Of a stretch of DNA of 64,000 bases, positions 14,291 through 28,884 are shown piece by piece. Each line of letters starts with the position of its first letter. Within the stretch, counting starts at the first letter, position 1. The notes under the pieces were generated by a model. It was given only the letters and a program-made list of their open reading frames with translations. It searched no databases and was not told where the DNA came from. Source of the DNA: Phyllobates terribilis (taxonomy: Eukaryota); NCBI RefSeq assembly GCF_046119375.1, contig NW_027362769.1:234298001-234362000 (forward strand). The letters are read 5' to 3'. The translations under genes were made by a program, and so were the position numbers.

Positions 14291-15789
14291 CAGGACGATA
14301 TGCGGCAAATAAATTAACGGTAAATCACAGGTAGTTTAATTTTGATTAAATTATGTGGCTAACATTGTGAGATTTCCAAGTAGTGCATGCTGCTTGTTTT
14401 AATGTGATTAAGTGACCTAAGTAAGTTGGCGCAGTTCTGGCGTAGGTCAATGTGTGGTTGTCATGATGCTCCTTATGGACATGAGAATTTTGTGTCTGTT
14501 CGCCAATAGGGTATGTTCACACATTAAGTATTTGGTGCAGAAATTTCTGCACCATTTCTGCATATCTTGGCAGAAAAAAAACACTGTGTAAAGATTATTG
14601 TCTTTCCTCTTGTTAGAATTGGACTGTATTACAAGTATTGAGTTCCCTATATCTTAGTAGGCGTCTTGTAGGAGTGAATACAAGAGAAAGAGATGATGGG
14701 GAATCCCATGCAGCTGCAATCTACTACAATGTGTAAAATGGTGACCACCATATTAGAGTTATTTTCGTGGATCAAATTGCACATCGTTCGAATTAGACAG
14801 GATCTTTGGATTTCACTAAATTTGACTCATATTCAATTTGCATCAAATTGATTCTGATCATCTCCAATACTTTGGTTTATAGTTTAGTGATTTGTAGGAA
14901 TTTTTTTAAACTATTTCCATTAATTATTAATATGTATGATACATTGGGATGTTCGTGTGCACAGTTATACCGACTTGCAAAACAATTCCATGAGAAAAAG
15001 AAACAGACTTTTATTTAACATCCTGATTCATCGTGGTTTGCAAAAAAAAAAAGACAGATCAGAGAATCGTAATAATTGCGCCTATCTTTAGCAGAAAACT
15101 TTCAGCCTATTTTAAGCGATTTGTCATTTCAGTTTTCAGAAGTCTGGTGAGCAGTAGTTAAGACTGTGATGAAGAAGTCATCTGTCATATTGTACACAAA
15201 TGGTATCTATACATCATCAAATTGCCTTGCCTGTATTACGCAGTGAATGCTATTCCTTCCTGCTGCAATCAGCCTATTTTCCCACCGATATGACTGAACA
15301 CAGACGGTTGTACATAAAGAAAATGCTGCATGTTTTTTTGACGGAAGGATTGTCAGGAAATTGGCTAAGGCCATGAACAAATTAGTGCAAGTCTCCTCTT
15401 TGATGGCAAAAATAGCACAGTCTGCTTCTGCATGCTCATCAGTCTTCAGGGAGAAAGGAAAACAGAAAACCCAACAGAATGCAGGTCAATCATTTTGGTT
15501 AGTTAGGATCAATTTTACATTAAGGAGGTTGTTCTTGACTGTTTTATTGATAGCCTATCCATAGGGTAGGTCATCAATGTCTGTTCAATTGGGGTCCAAC
15601 ATCCTGCATCCCCCCCCCTGCCGATCAACTGTTCCCAAAACTGGCAGCGGCCAGTTGTGCTAAGATGCTGAGCTGTAGACCACAGCTCCATCAAAGCATG
15701 ATGGTCGCGAACAGGTACTGCACATTTGACATCTATTTATTTTAATAGGGGATGGATGTGCAGTACCCAGCTGCTACCACTATTCCATG

Positions 15790-17170
15790 AACTTATTGGA
15801 AGAAAAAAGCACTACATAGTAGACAAGCACACCTCCAATATAGAATAATGTAGAAAAAAAGTTTATTGGACCACACATAATAAAAACATTTTCAAAAAAG
15901 CCATCAATTGGCATACAAACTGCCCCCTGCATGACTGATGTCAATAATCAAACAGTGATATACACCCCCAAATGCATACGGGTATAATAGTGAATCGGGA
16001 ATAATGCTCAAATAATGTAACAATACATAATTTAGAAAAATCCCCAATAATATGTAGAAAAATACATTAATAGGTAGATGGCGCGTAAATTAACACAAGC
16101 ACAACTAATTATACATATGAGATAATGTCAATATAAATAGATGAGGATACATTTCATGATAGAGAATAACATCAATATAAATAAGAGAAGACACATCTCA
16201 TAGTAAATGCCAGCTCTAATGAAGTAACCTTCATAATAAAAGGTACTATAGGACCATGAATTAAATACAATTCAGGGGTGGGAAATAGCCCAAACCACTG
16301 AAAAATACAAAAAGACCCAATGATGGACTTTAGAAAATCCAGAGAGAATAATCATATGTCCCACAAGGGGGTATGTAAAAGCAAGCATCCTGTCAGGGCA
16401 CTGAATGGTTACCTAAAGTGCCAGCTAGTATGGAAGTAAAGGGGGCCTGGATAGCGTCACGCAGAGGGAAGAAGAAAGCCACACGCGTATCGCCGTGACC
16501 CACATGGCTTCGTCAGGGGAATGGTGTGCACAAATATTTGGTCTATTATATTTATCCTAGTGAAGGGTAATGATGTTTACGTATGATAGCGTGTCTCGGT
16601 CCCGTCGGCATGAACCGGAAGTCACGTGGCCGGAAATGACGTATGGGGCACCGCATCAGCAGGTAACGCCCCCAACAGTTAGGAGGACGCAAAATCTGTA
16701 ACCATGCCTCCCAATGGCCAGTTACTAGGGTGTCCATACACAGTATGATAGGAAAATGTTGGTAAATGATCAATCCGTGCCTGACAGCACAGGAAATGTG
16801 CATATAAGTACCAAAGAGTACATACACATTAAAACCACACATTCAGCAGATTGAAGAAATGTACATAACATACAAGCAAAATTCTAGATATCCAACACTG
16901 TCGAGATTGGCCACATGGGGTGAGGGACGGGGGCCCTCACTACGTGTAGTCAAGGTCGACAGAGTGGATCAATATCCTGTAAGGATAGAAGCCGGGATGT
17001 GTACATCCTGCAGCGTCCATCATATGTTGCAACATATAAATATCAAGCCATAAAGTTCAGAGAAGATTCAATTACTGCAAGTATTTTAACAAACTAATCA
17101 CTGGTCCCATAGTCTTTTTTCATATCAGTATTAGTATTGGTGGTGCAACCCCGCTCCCCCCTTTCTTTAT
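15790..17170. mobile_element. Probable Penelope-related insertion splitting a MITE
   Basis: It interrupts a MITE whose halves lie at ~15520-15790 and ~17170-17340, and it contains a degenerate hammerhead at ~16480-16520. Confidence 0.4.
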
Positions 17171-17896
17171 GCTACCACTATTCCATTGACAAAGCTGTAC
17201 CGCAACGCAACACATCTGGCCACCGCTGGCAACGGGAACAGCTGTTTGCCTGTGGTGCCTTGTGTCACACCTCCACAGTCAGATATTGATGACCTAGCCT
17301 AAGGGTAGGCCATCAATTATAAAAGTCCTGGATAACTCATTTTTATCTATCCTGCCTCCTCCACTTCAAAAAAATTTCAAATGTGCTTTCTCATGTGCAG
17401 TGTTTTACCTTTAGACAGCTCTGATCACATACTGCGCCATCAGCTGCCATGTTGAGAAGGACTCTGTGCAGTCCGTTAAAAAGGCTGCAGTAACATGCAT
17501 CAGATGGTGCTTCACAAAGCAGAAGAATGATGCTGAACCTAAAATACTTAAGTGCGCCAAACTCATGTCCTCTGCACATTTTTTAAAATAGAAGATATGG
17601 TGCAGGTGTAAACAAAGCCTTTGAAAACAAACCTCTCTTTTTTAAAGGAAATTCAGGTAGATTTTAAGCCACATCCTTTTGCTTTAGCCCACACCCCTTT
17701 ACCATCAAGCCACACACTTTTCAAGTAAAATACAAAAGTGTCTAAAACACATAATAAATATGACATAAATCAGGTATACCAAATTTTATTGAAAATCACT
17801 ATAGAATTCTGCCATATTTATCTCAATAAATCTTTTAATAAAATATGTTCAACATAATTGCGAATTCAGCTGTAAACTTATAACTTATATAGTAAC

Positions 17897-18554
17897 TAGA
17901 AATGAGCAGATTAGGTAAAATTCAATTTTGCCTTTTAGTGTGGATTTTCCCTAGAAAATTGATTTGTAAATAAGTCATTCTTCATTAATTGAATGTGCCT
18001 TATTATGCTCTGGTATCTGCCCAGATCCCAGAGCATAAGATGACTATACTCCCCTCACCACTCACATCTCTGGCCCCTCCGCTCCTCACCATCACTAGTC
18101 CAGTTCTTGTTATATTTTAGCACCACCACGAGCTCAGAACCCCGTGGAAGGTCACAACATTATGATGACATGGTGGGCACCCTGAAATTTCACGCTCACT
18201 TCCAGAGACATCCAGGGTCTCATCAGAGCCACGTCCTGGCCTGAAGTGAGAGTCCCAGGGATTTCAGAGATTGTGACAATGATAACGAGAGCCGAAGAGT
18301 GCCAGACTGCTGACAGTTTTGAACATAGGAGCCAGGAAGTTGAGCGGTAAGTTGAGTATAAATGTTTTTTAACCTTTTTAAGTTGAGTATAAATGTTTTT
18401 TAACCTTTTTAAGGCCATTTACGGTTCAGAAAATGGTTGCCAGTTTGCTGAATCCGCACTATTGTGAATAAAAAAAATAGTATTTTGGCAAATGTGGAGT
18501 TTTGTAGTATTCAAGTAGAATTCAATCCCACTTGCATATTTTTGCTCATCTCTA
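17897..18554. mobile_element. hAT-like MITE
   Basis: Ends TAGAAATGAGC...GCTCATCTCTA, TSD atagtaac/agggtaac (6/8). It contains a 31-bp tandem duplication at 18349-18410. Confidence 0.65.
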
Positions 18555-20147
18555 AGGGTAACCAAACTTTTTTTTTAACTTGATTGTCCTCCAGGCATTG
18601 CATAGTTATGATTTTTTTCTAATATACTTCATTAATTTATTTTCATTTTCTTTATTCTCTCCGAAACTCTATGCGTAGTGCTGTCCCAGTTTAGACTTCT
18701 TTAAACTGCTGCTTTTCAAGATCAATACACTGCGCTCGCACAGTCTGTGTACAGGACTTTCCCTATCTGAGCCTTTATATCCCCCTCGGCCTGTACTTAG
18801 ACAGATGAATTACTGTACATAGTTGGCTTGAATATAGAGTATTGGTCTTGCCAAGTATCACCAGAAAGGAGCGTCTAAAGAAGCATAAACTGGGCATGAA
18901 CAGCACTGCATAGTGTTTGGGAGAGAAGAAAGCAAAATAATGTCATGAAGGTTGCATAACTTTTGCAATGCCTGTGTAACAGTATTGAACGTATCTATTG
19001 AAATTCAAATTTGGCAATTGGCTCAATTTAGACAAAGAAATACAATTTATTTTGATATTATGCTATGCAAATCGAATATTCCTCTCCAGAAACCAAAGAA
19101 TAATAAACATAGGGTGTAAAGAAAAAAATACCTTACTACTCATATGTCCTGCTGTTGCACACAGTTCGGTTCTCTAATCTGTAAAGCTGTTTCTTTCCTC
19201 CAGTATTCAAAGTCCTCTTGGGCATCTTCAGTCTGCGCCAAGGCTTTTGGCAGAAAGCAGATGTCATGACGTGCAAATCCTGAGTCTAAGGCTATGGCTC
19301 AACTCAGTATTTTTTCTCAGGAGTGGGAGCCAAAACCATTATCAGAGATAATGTATAATAGAAACAAGTCAACAATTCTGCATTTATCACCCACTTCTGG
19401 TTTTAGCTCCCACTCATGAGAAAAAATACTGATCAAATACTGACCAAATACTGATAGTGGGGCCGTGACCTTAGTTAGTGCCTCGTGGCTGCATGTTGTT
19501 CAGATGTCTACTTGGTGCCAGAAGCTATGGAGGAAAAAAAAGGTTAAATGGAGGGGAAGACCAGATGTTGGGCTGTGGTGGGACAAATGAATGGTGAATT
19601 GAATATGAATTTATTTTACCCTTATCCTAACCTTCTGCAAGTCAGCAATAAGGCCACCATTTTGCTGAATTTGCATGAAGTGAATCTCGAAAAATTTGGA
19701 GTCAATAGAATTAAATTTTTTTTTAAAACTGAAGGCAAATTCAATTTTCCTTGGACCAATTTGCTCACCTCTACTTGATGATAATACAGAAATAAGTGTA
19801 GATTAGTTACTCTTTAAATAACTCAGAATCAGCTCAAAATAATTAAATCTATACATTTACAACTGTATATAGATGACATCGCTATTTTTAAAGACTTATA
19901 ATGGACATTATGAAAACGAAATCTACTCTATATACTTTTTGGGGTAATTTTTACCTGCTTGAGGTGTAAAATGTAATATTTTCATCTTAACAAAAAAAAT
20001 GATAGAATTACTTTCCTTTGACATGTTACATAATTTGAACAACTGTTGTCTTCTGCCTTCGCCTGAAGTGCCATTAATTGTAGATTAGCCAACCTTACTC
20101 AGTATAATGAATGTGGTGACAGTAGAGCTCTTGGCATGCTTCATTGG

Positions 20148-20304
20148 NNNNNNNNNNNNNNNNNNNNNNNNNNNNNNNNNNNNNNNNNNNNNNNNNNNNN
20201 NNNNNNNNNNNNNNNNNNNNNNNNNNNNNNNNNNNNNNNNNNNNNNNNNNNNNNNNNNNNNNNNNNNNNNNNNNNNNNNNNNNNNNNNNNNNNNNNNNNN
20301 NNNN
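20148..20304. other. Assembly gap
   Basis: Run of N. Confidence 1.
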
Positions 20305-20599
20305 TTCTCTGAAAATATGATCTACCCCAACAAAAGCTCTAGCATGATTTTTGAAGTATGCTTGAAAAATAAGCCCTACTCCAAAAATAAGCCCTAGTTA
20401 CCGTCAGGCCAGTGTTGGGGGAAGGTCTTACTGGGCAATTGACCAGAGTCCCCACTCTCTTAAGGGCCCCCAGCATTTCTGTTCCGAGGGCAAGACTGAT
20501 TAAGGACCTTTGGTGACTGTCATATGACCATAATGTCACCAAAAGTCCTTCATCTACGGGAATCTGGCGCAAATGAAGAGGAGACAGGCTGGTATGTAC

Positions 20600-20975
20600 C
20601 ATGTGTGAAGTCTGTATTATACATGTGTGTAGTGTGTGTGTGTATATACATGTGTATTTATGTGCAGTGTGTATATACTATGTGTATTTATTTGCAGTGT
20701 GCGTATACACATATGTATCTGCAGTATGTGTGTATATACACGTTTATGTGCAGTGTGTGTATATACATGTGTATGTGCAGTGTATGTGTGTATACATGTG
20801 TATATATGTGTACTGTGTGTGTATATATGTGTTCTTGCAGTGATTGAATATACACATGTTTATGTGCAGTGTGTGTGTATATACAGGTGTATGTGCAATG
20901 TGTGTGTGTGTATGAACATGTGTAACTGCAGTGTGTGTGTAATATACACATGTGTATGTGCAGTGTGTGTGATGT
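20600..20975. repeat. Degenerate TG/TA minisatellite inside a TcMar-like MITE (~20310-21140)
   Basis: Roughly 30-bp units of tgtgtatatacatgtgtatgtgcagtg. It accounts for the spurious Cys/Val/Tyr-rich ORFs in this region. Confidence 0.85.
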
Positions 20976-21187
20976 CATGATTATGTTTGAATAAATGTTG
21001 ATTTTTTTTTTGTTCCAAGAATAAATGTGGATTCCTGTTCATAGAAAAAAAAAACAAGACATCCCCTGAAAATAAGCACTAACCTATCTGTTTGAGCAAA
21101 ATATAATATAAGACCCTGTTTTATTATTTTGGTGAAAACATAATATATATGTTTTATCTAATATATATACAGTAGATAGATATATAT

Positions 21188-21612
21188 NNNNNNNNNNNNN
21201 NNNNNNNNNNNNNNNNNNNNNNNNNNNNNNNNNNNNNNNNNNNNNNNNNNNNNNNNNNNNNNNNNNNNNNNNNNNNNNNNNNNNNNNNNNNNNNNNNNNN
21301 NNNNNNNNNNNNNNNNNNNNNNNNNNNNNNNNNNNNNNNNNNNNNNNNNNNNNNNNNNNNNNNNNNNNNNNNNNNNNNNNNNNNNNNNNNNNNNNNNNNN
21401 NNNNNNNNNNNNNNNNNNNNNNNNNNNNNNNNNNNNNNNNNNNNNNNNNNNNNNNNNNNNNNNNNNNNNNNNNNNNNNNNNNNNNNNNNNNNNNNNNNNN
21501 NNNNNNNNNNNNNNNNNNNNNNNNNNNNNNNNNNNNNNNNNNNNNNNNNNNNNNNNNNNNNNNNNNNNNNNNNNNNNNNNNNNNNNNNNNNNNNNNNNNN
21601 NNNNNNNNNNNN
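21188..21612. other. Assembly gap
   Basis: Run of N. Confidence 1.
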
Positions 21613-23593
21613 TATGGACATACAGTATGTGCTGGATTTAGAACAATAAGTATAATGAAATGAGTTCTTCCCAACAAACAATTCATTTCTTTTTAAGGGC
21701 CAACTGAAGTGGGGTGACAGAGCTTTAGAAAGCATATTAAAAGTGTATATCACAAAAAACTGTTTTCTCTCTTTGATCGCTACAGCTGTGAACCGCAATG
21801 AAATAATATGCACTTCCTTCCAATCCAATCTTTAGATGCATTATTTATTACTATAGCTGCAATGATATGATTCCAACTGCATAACAATAGACTCATATCT
21901 AAGATCAGAAGAATAAAGGATAACGCTGTTTATTTTTTAAGGTGTTCTAGTTTACTTGAGATTCAAGGGTTGAAAAACATTAGTATGAATACATTTTATT
22001 TTTTTTACCAACAAAGAAGATTCTGGACACCAGCTCTGTGTCCATTAGCATATTCATGAGTTTAGCTTCTTTGGGACTTGTTATTCTAATAGGTTGGAAC
22101 GCAGCATCTTTGCTCTAAACACGAGTCCCCTGTCATTAGAACATCTGTAATCTTGTGCTTTACTGCATTCATTTTCCAAAAACTTTTCAACCTTTTCCCA
22201 AAAGTATTTTTCAGAGATACAACCTCATTCATTTTATTAGGACAAATGGCACAGAAAAGCTGGATGGCTATTAGGAAAATATGTCACTTCTTTTGGAGCT
22301 CATGAATATTTCTATAGTCTCTGCACCAGGAAAAGAATCAGGAGACTGAAGCTATCATCTAATGCTATTAGACAAGGAGGTCAGGAATAAAAGCAGAAAA
22401 TAAAACCATTAACTTGAAAGTAAATCTAATAATACAACGAGGAGCATGACAAATAAGAAGTATTCTGACATTAATGCTCTAGTCACTTCCATAGGATAAA
22501 GGAGGCCTTAAAGAGTTTACGCTATTGATACTTTTAGACGGTTGAAATAATCTATTGTTGCAAAAGGTACTTGAAAACAAAATGTTGTGGAAGGGGTAGG
22601 GAGACATTTTCTTTCCTTTGAGGTAATCTGTTACCATGTTTTTGCTACCCCATCTGAGACAAGCATGATGTAGGTGCAGAGACCCTGATTCCAGCTATGT
22701 GTCACTCACTGGACTGCTTGCTACCGTTTTGATATCACGGCTTTATCTAATGCAGATCTATTAGTTCTCTGAATACTGAGCTCTGTATAACCCCGCCCAC
22801 ATCACTGATTGACAGCTTACTGTGTACACTGTGCATAGGCAGAAAGCTGGCAATCAGTAGTGGGGGCGGGGTTATAGAGAGCTCATGAATATGGAGGACT
22901 ACATGGAAGCAGGTTTGTTAGTCCTATAGTAATAATCTCCTGCTGATAAAACAAAAACTGTGATTTTATAAATACTACGATGAGCAGCTGAGTAAGTGGG
23001 ACATCGCTGGAATCAGAGTCTCTGCCCCTTGTTTTCAGATTAGTTAGTAAAAATCGTGTAAAAGATCCTCATTACAAATTCTAGCTCAGTTTGGAGTGAT
23101 AGTGGCATTGATGCACTGGGGAAAATATCCATATTACCTCTACATAAGAAAGAAACTATCTCGCGAATACCATCTATTGGTGGTAGATACCCTATAACTA
23201 CATATGTATCCTATTGATGAGCTTTACCACTAGACATCAGCAAATCGCTTTGAGGCAAAATGAATTAGTCTCAAATTTCACAAAAAAATGTAGATTTGCC
23301 AGAATCCTGTTTTTTTGCTATTAGATTTGCACAAATCCAGTGAAATGGCAGCCATTTTGCTTGAATCTAAAGGGACAGGCTTAAAAAGTTTAAAAATACC
23401 TAATATTTACCTCTCCCTTTCCCTCACTTTATCCATGCAGTTTCCTGCTTGGTTTTTCGAGTCCAGTTTTTATTCACATTTGGCCATTGTTCTTCACACC
23501 ACAGATCCCATTGGGTCTTCAGCGCTTCCAATGCAAACTAGGGCTCGCAACGTCATGATCTTGCATGAGGCCTCAACTGGTGAGACCCTAGAG

Positions 23594-23770
23594 CAATGTT
23601 TCCCAACTCCAGTCCTCAAGAGCCACCAACAGGTCATGGTTTCAGTATTTCCTTAGTCGGCATAGGTGATGGAATTCTTGCTTTTCCAAGTGATGCAATT
23701 ATCACCTGGACAATACTAAGGAAACCATGACCTGTTGGTGGGCCTTGAGGACCGGGGTTGGGAAACACTG
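23594..23770. mobile_element. hAT MITE (177 bp)
   Basis: TIRs CAATGTTTCCCAAC / GTTGGGAAACACTG with a perfect 8-bp TSD CCCTAGAG. Confidence 0.9.
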
Positions 23771-24137
23771 CCCTAGAGCATAAGACTCATTCAATTTGCA
23801 TCAAACTAATTTGATGCTCATCATATTTCCTGTTCTAATTAAAGCAAACTGCTGAATTCGAATTTTGGCAAATTTTCGCACTATTACTTGCCCTCTGATT
23901 GGGTATAGTAGCCAAGCAAACCGCTATTTCAGGGTACTTCCCCTTCATCCATGTAGAGTAGGGTCTTCCTAGCTAAAAAAGATGCTGCTGATGCAGGTTT
24001 GCAGGGACTACATTATTGAATATTATTGGCAATGTTTCATGGGGAAAATATGCAAATTAGCTGTTCTTGAAAAATTAACCTGCCACCAATTGGAGGTATG
24101 AAAAAAAAAGATAAAACTTTCTTTTCAAAACCTATAA

Positions 24138-24627
24138 GGCTATGTTCCCACACGTTGTGTTTTTCAACATTTTTTGCTGCAGATTTTCATGTAAATTTTC
24201 AGCTGCGTTTTGCAGTATCAAGTCTTTGAGAAACCAGAATTCTCTGTTCCCTCATCTTGTTTTTTTTTTTTTTGCTGCGGATTTTGTGCCTCGGTTGTGT
24301 TCTTGGAAGAAATTGCGTGTCACTTCTTTCAGCGTTTTTTAATCCATAGGAAGTAATGGGTGGTGAAAAAAACACTGAAAAAACAACACAGGAACATTTT
24401 TTCAGCCTTTTTTCAGCGTTTTTGATGGAAAAATAGAATGGGGCTATTTTTTTCACAGAACTTTATGTACATGCATAAATAGAGACAGAAGGACAGTGGA
24501 AAAAAAACTTTGGAAAAACACATCAAAAACTCATCAAAAAATGCAGATTTGACGCAGCTGATTTCCAGAGATCAGTTTTGCTGCTGATTTCTAACTGAAA
24601 AAAAACACAATATGTGGGAACACAGCC
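24138..24627. mobile_element. PIF/Harbinger-type MITE
   Basis: TAA|GGCTATGTTCCCACA ... TGTGGGAACACAGCC|TAA. Confidence 0.85.
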
Positions 24628-25489
24628 TAAGAATAGAAAACTGCAAATCAATATCAACAGTATCAGACTGTGCAGGGACACAATCTATTGACAAATGGGA
24701 TTGGTAAAACCCAACTTAATTTCATAAAAATAAAAAATAAGATGCTCCAGCAATGAATTTTTTTGAGGGCAATACAAGAATACTAAAGCAGACATAGCGG
24801 GAAAGCGGATGGCCTCTTTAGGAATACTATTTTTTTCATTGAAGCAACTGTAAGACAAACAATAAAAAGAAAAATAAACTGTGTTTCTAACAAAATTGTC
24901 CAATTAGGATATTTTGTCGCTTGATAAATGCAACGATTTCATTAGACTACACAATATTTGTCACTCGACATATTCACTGTACAGGAACTCCTGCATTTTC
25001 TGATTTACATATAAAATACTAAGTCAGGCTCTGTGTGTGGTTCAGTAGATGCTTTAATTAGTGCCGGTGTGTCCTGCTTTACCAGCTATGGTGATAAATT
25101 GTACACATTGGGATCACGCATCCATATGTCATCTTGTTCTGAAAGACAGAACCCACAGTTTTCTTCTATTTAAAGCTTGTTATTACTAAAATAAAATGCC
25201 TGACTCATAACCTATAATTTTCGAACTGATTTGAAGGAATTATTATGGGCAATACCATTGAAGGCATATGTCTAACGAAGAATGAACAAATATAAGTGTG
25301 TGATATTCCAAGGAGAACTTTTTTTGACTCATTAGATTTCCCTAGCAGAACATGCAGAATGCTTTCGCATACAGTATATTTTGTATATTAGGGGTGAAAT
25401 ATGTAATGGGTCAAATAACGATCATGTCCTTACATCCATGAGCTCAATAAGAAGGAGCATGAATAGAGTGGTGACCAAGAACTTTATGG

Positions 25490-25790
25490 ATGCTCCCATC
25501 GAGCACATCTGGGACGTCATTATTTGGCAATGGTAAAGGGAGCTGCCAGGGGTGGATCTTGATGATTTGCTCAAAATGCATTTAGAATAGTAGAACATTC
25601 CTCAAACATCCATTAATAACCTCACTGATAGCAGCCAAGACTTGTAAGTGCGGGGATTGCTGCACGTGGCGCTCATACTCGATACTGAATAAATTTAGAT
25701 GCCTTGAAAATTTTGTTTCCATTTTTCCAGTATTTGCAAATCATTAACATATCTATCCATCCTGTGATTTCAGTATTTCCACGACTTTTC
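25490..25790 (+). mobile_element. Tc1-like 3' fragment
   Basis: cccatcgagcacatctgggac (PIEHIWD). Same family as 35765-36240. Confidence 0.6.
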
Positions 25791-26362
25791 TTTCTTGGTT
25801 TTTTAATTTCCATGCTGAGGAGTATATTTTCGAAAAGGAAGAATTGAACCATGTATGAACTAATGACCACCACTTCCATTGGCCACAGCTGTTTACATTT
25901 GATGAGATTTATATAAACTATTTCACTAATAACGTGAAGGTGTTGTTCAGTGAAACATGTGAAGATCCAAATTTACAAATCCTCTGTATATGGGTCACCA
26001 ATAATGGGTGTAAATTTGCAGAGATTATCTCTTAAAACAGGACTAAATCGAAACACTGTATACGAAAATTTGTGCTTGTCTTTTGTTTTATGGATAATAT
26101 CCTTGAAAGCTTTTATGCTAACCTGCAAAAAAAAGGAGCGTAATAGTACAATAAGCATTTTACACGATGAATAGGAGATCGCTATAATCTAACAAAGATG
26201 ATTGGCTTTTTATGACCTACAAATATTTTAAATATTGCCACTAACTAAATCACATTACAGACAGATTGAATAAAAAATTAGCTTTTTTATTTTTGCACAT
26301 TTTTATGTTTATTAATTTGTTCTTAATTTAAATGAGTTATTAAGTGATAAAATTTGTTTTAA

Positions 26363-28880
26363 GCCCTTCTCGACCTTTGATGTACACATATTTCATGGTT
26401 GGATAGGGTTTCTCGACCTTTTGCGGATGGGTAGGTCATGGGGTACAGGAGCAGTCCTCATGAGCCTAAGTTATAAAATAGCCCCTGCTGTCACTGCCAT
26501 TTAACCCCCTAAATTCCAAAATAAATATTGATTGCAGCATTTAGAAGACTAAGAGAGGGAGGGGACTCTCTTGATGACTCAACGTCATCGTGAGGGCCCA
26601 ATCATTGCCATGGCAATCCAAGGATGTCATGATTTCCTCCAGGTCACCCGGCTATGACGAGCCTGTTAGACCATGCCACGATCATGGTCTAAGAGACTTC
26701 TGCCAGAACAGCACCGACAGATATAGTGCATTTCAGTGCTGGTGCATTGCAATGCAGTATACCAGTGATCTGAGTAATACATGTTAAAGTCCCATAGTAA
26801 AAAAGTAAAAAATAAGTTAATAAAAATAAAATAAAACAAAATAAAGAGCAAAAACAATGAAAAAAAATACATAAAATTAATCTTAATGTAAAAAAAAAAA
26901 GGACACATATTTTGTATTGACCACATCTGGAACGACCCAACCTATAAAACTGTCACACTGGTTAACCTCTTCAGTGAACACCATAAAAAAATGAAATACA
27001 AAACGTGGCAAAAGACTATGCTTTTTCATCATAACTCCAAATAAAAAAGGAATGAAGCGCGATAAAAAAGTTGAATGGAAATTAAAATGGTATAGCTGAA
27101 AATGCCATCTTGTCCCGCAAAAAAACAAGCTGCCATACACTGTAGCTCTGTCAGCAGAGAAATAAAAAAGTTATAGCTCTCAGAATACAGTGATGCAAAA
27201 ACAATTTTTTGTTCTATAAAATACAGTAATTTTTTCTGTGTAAAAGAGGCAAAACAAAAAATTATATAAATGTGGTATCGCTGTAATCGTACTGACCCGA
27301 AGAAAAAGCTGTCTTATCAATTTTACCACACTCAGAATGGCATGAGAATTTGGATTTTGTTCATTCTGCCTCCCAAAAATTCGAATAGAAAGCAATCAAA
27401 AAATGTTATGTGACCGAAAATGGTCCCAATAAAAACGTCACTTGTCCCGCAAAAAACAAGCACTAACATGACTGTGCCACAGAAATATAGAAAAATTGTA
27501 GCTCTCAAAATAAAAAACTTTTTTTGGTATCTAACAGCAGCCAAAAAATAAAAACCCGATATAAATCTGGTATCGCTGTAATTGCACCGACCCAAAGAAT
27601 AAAGTTGTCTAATATCTTATACTACACAAGGAAAGGCATAAAATTCTTGACCTGCTGTTGATTTGTTCATTCTGCCTCCCAAAGATCACAGTAAGGCTCG
27701 GCTCACATTTATCCTGCTCTTTCCGCTGAGTGCTTACACCGGGGTTTCCGTGTAAATCTTTGAAATGCATGATTTAGGCGGAACCCCCGATGTTAGATTC
27801 CCTATAATGAGGCAGATGGAGACACAGTGGATGCCATATGGCGTATGATCTGGTTGTGTCCGTTTTTTATGCGTGCATAAAAGCACAGTCAGCCACAGAT
27901 TTGTGCACCTCTGAATAGAAATATACCACTAAGCAGAGGCCAGATGGAGACAAGAGTAACTTTGCTGCCTCATTATAGTGAATGGATCCCTCAGGGGTTT
28001 CATCTGAATCAGGTCATTTGGATATTGAGATTGAAACCCAGATGTAAGTGCTGAGTGTGGCGCATGAGATAAACATGATCCAAATTATTATGTAAAATGT
28101 TCCCAACAAAAGCTTCAACTCAATCCACAAAAAAAGTAAGTTCCCACTCAGGTCCGTCATCTGTTAACAGAAATATAGGGGCTTCCATGTTACTGGTAGC
28201 ACAAAGGCTCTGGAAAAGCGCTATGGCTCCGCACCCCCAAAAGAAATCCAGAGAATTCTGCACTCCCAAATCAAAATGCCCCTCTACCTTAAGAGCCCCA
28301 CAATGTGCCTAAATGACATTTAGTGTTCACATGTTTGATATTTCTATAGTGATGAGAGCCCGCCTAATTAACGGGGTCCATGTCTCCAGAAGCATGAGCT
28401 GGGCATAATGTACTGGGCACTACAATGTATTGGGCACTGCAAAGTACAGACACTACAATGGCAGATTTACAATTTTCACTCACAAAATCCACTACTGCTT
28501 GTTTCTAGAGAACACCCATGGAGTCAAAATCATCACTACGCCTGTAGATAAATTCCCAGAGGGGTGTAATTTCCAAAATGGGGTCACCTGAGGGGAAATT
28601 CTGCTCTTCTGGCACTTAGGGCCCTTTTACATGGAGTCTGCAAACTATTCTATGATAACTTGTTCATCAAGAGTCAAATAACGCTCCTTCCTTCCAGAGT
28701 CTTGGCTAAACAGTACTGTACAGCAGCATATGGGGTATTGCCATGTTCAACATAAATTGTGTGACAAATTTTGTTGCCAGTTTTATTCATTCACCCATAT
28801 GAAAATATAAACTCTGGGGCTAAGCCCAAATTTTTGTGGTAAAAATGTAATTATTTTTTATTCATGCCAATGGCATAAAA
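26363..28880. mobile_element. Large non-autonomous DNA element (piggyBac-like left end) with an internal ~320-bp tandem duplication
   Basis: The start TTAA|gcccttctcgac resembles TTAA|CCCCTTACCGAC at ~45910. Duplicated units at ~27110-27430 and ~27440-27680. Right end not identified. Confidence 0.45.
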
Positions 28881-28884
28881 TGAC

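Noticed and set aside
20107-21828. Long ORFs of 96-224 aa
   Set aside because: Artefacts of N-runs and the TG/TA minisatellite.
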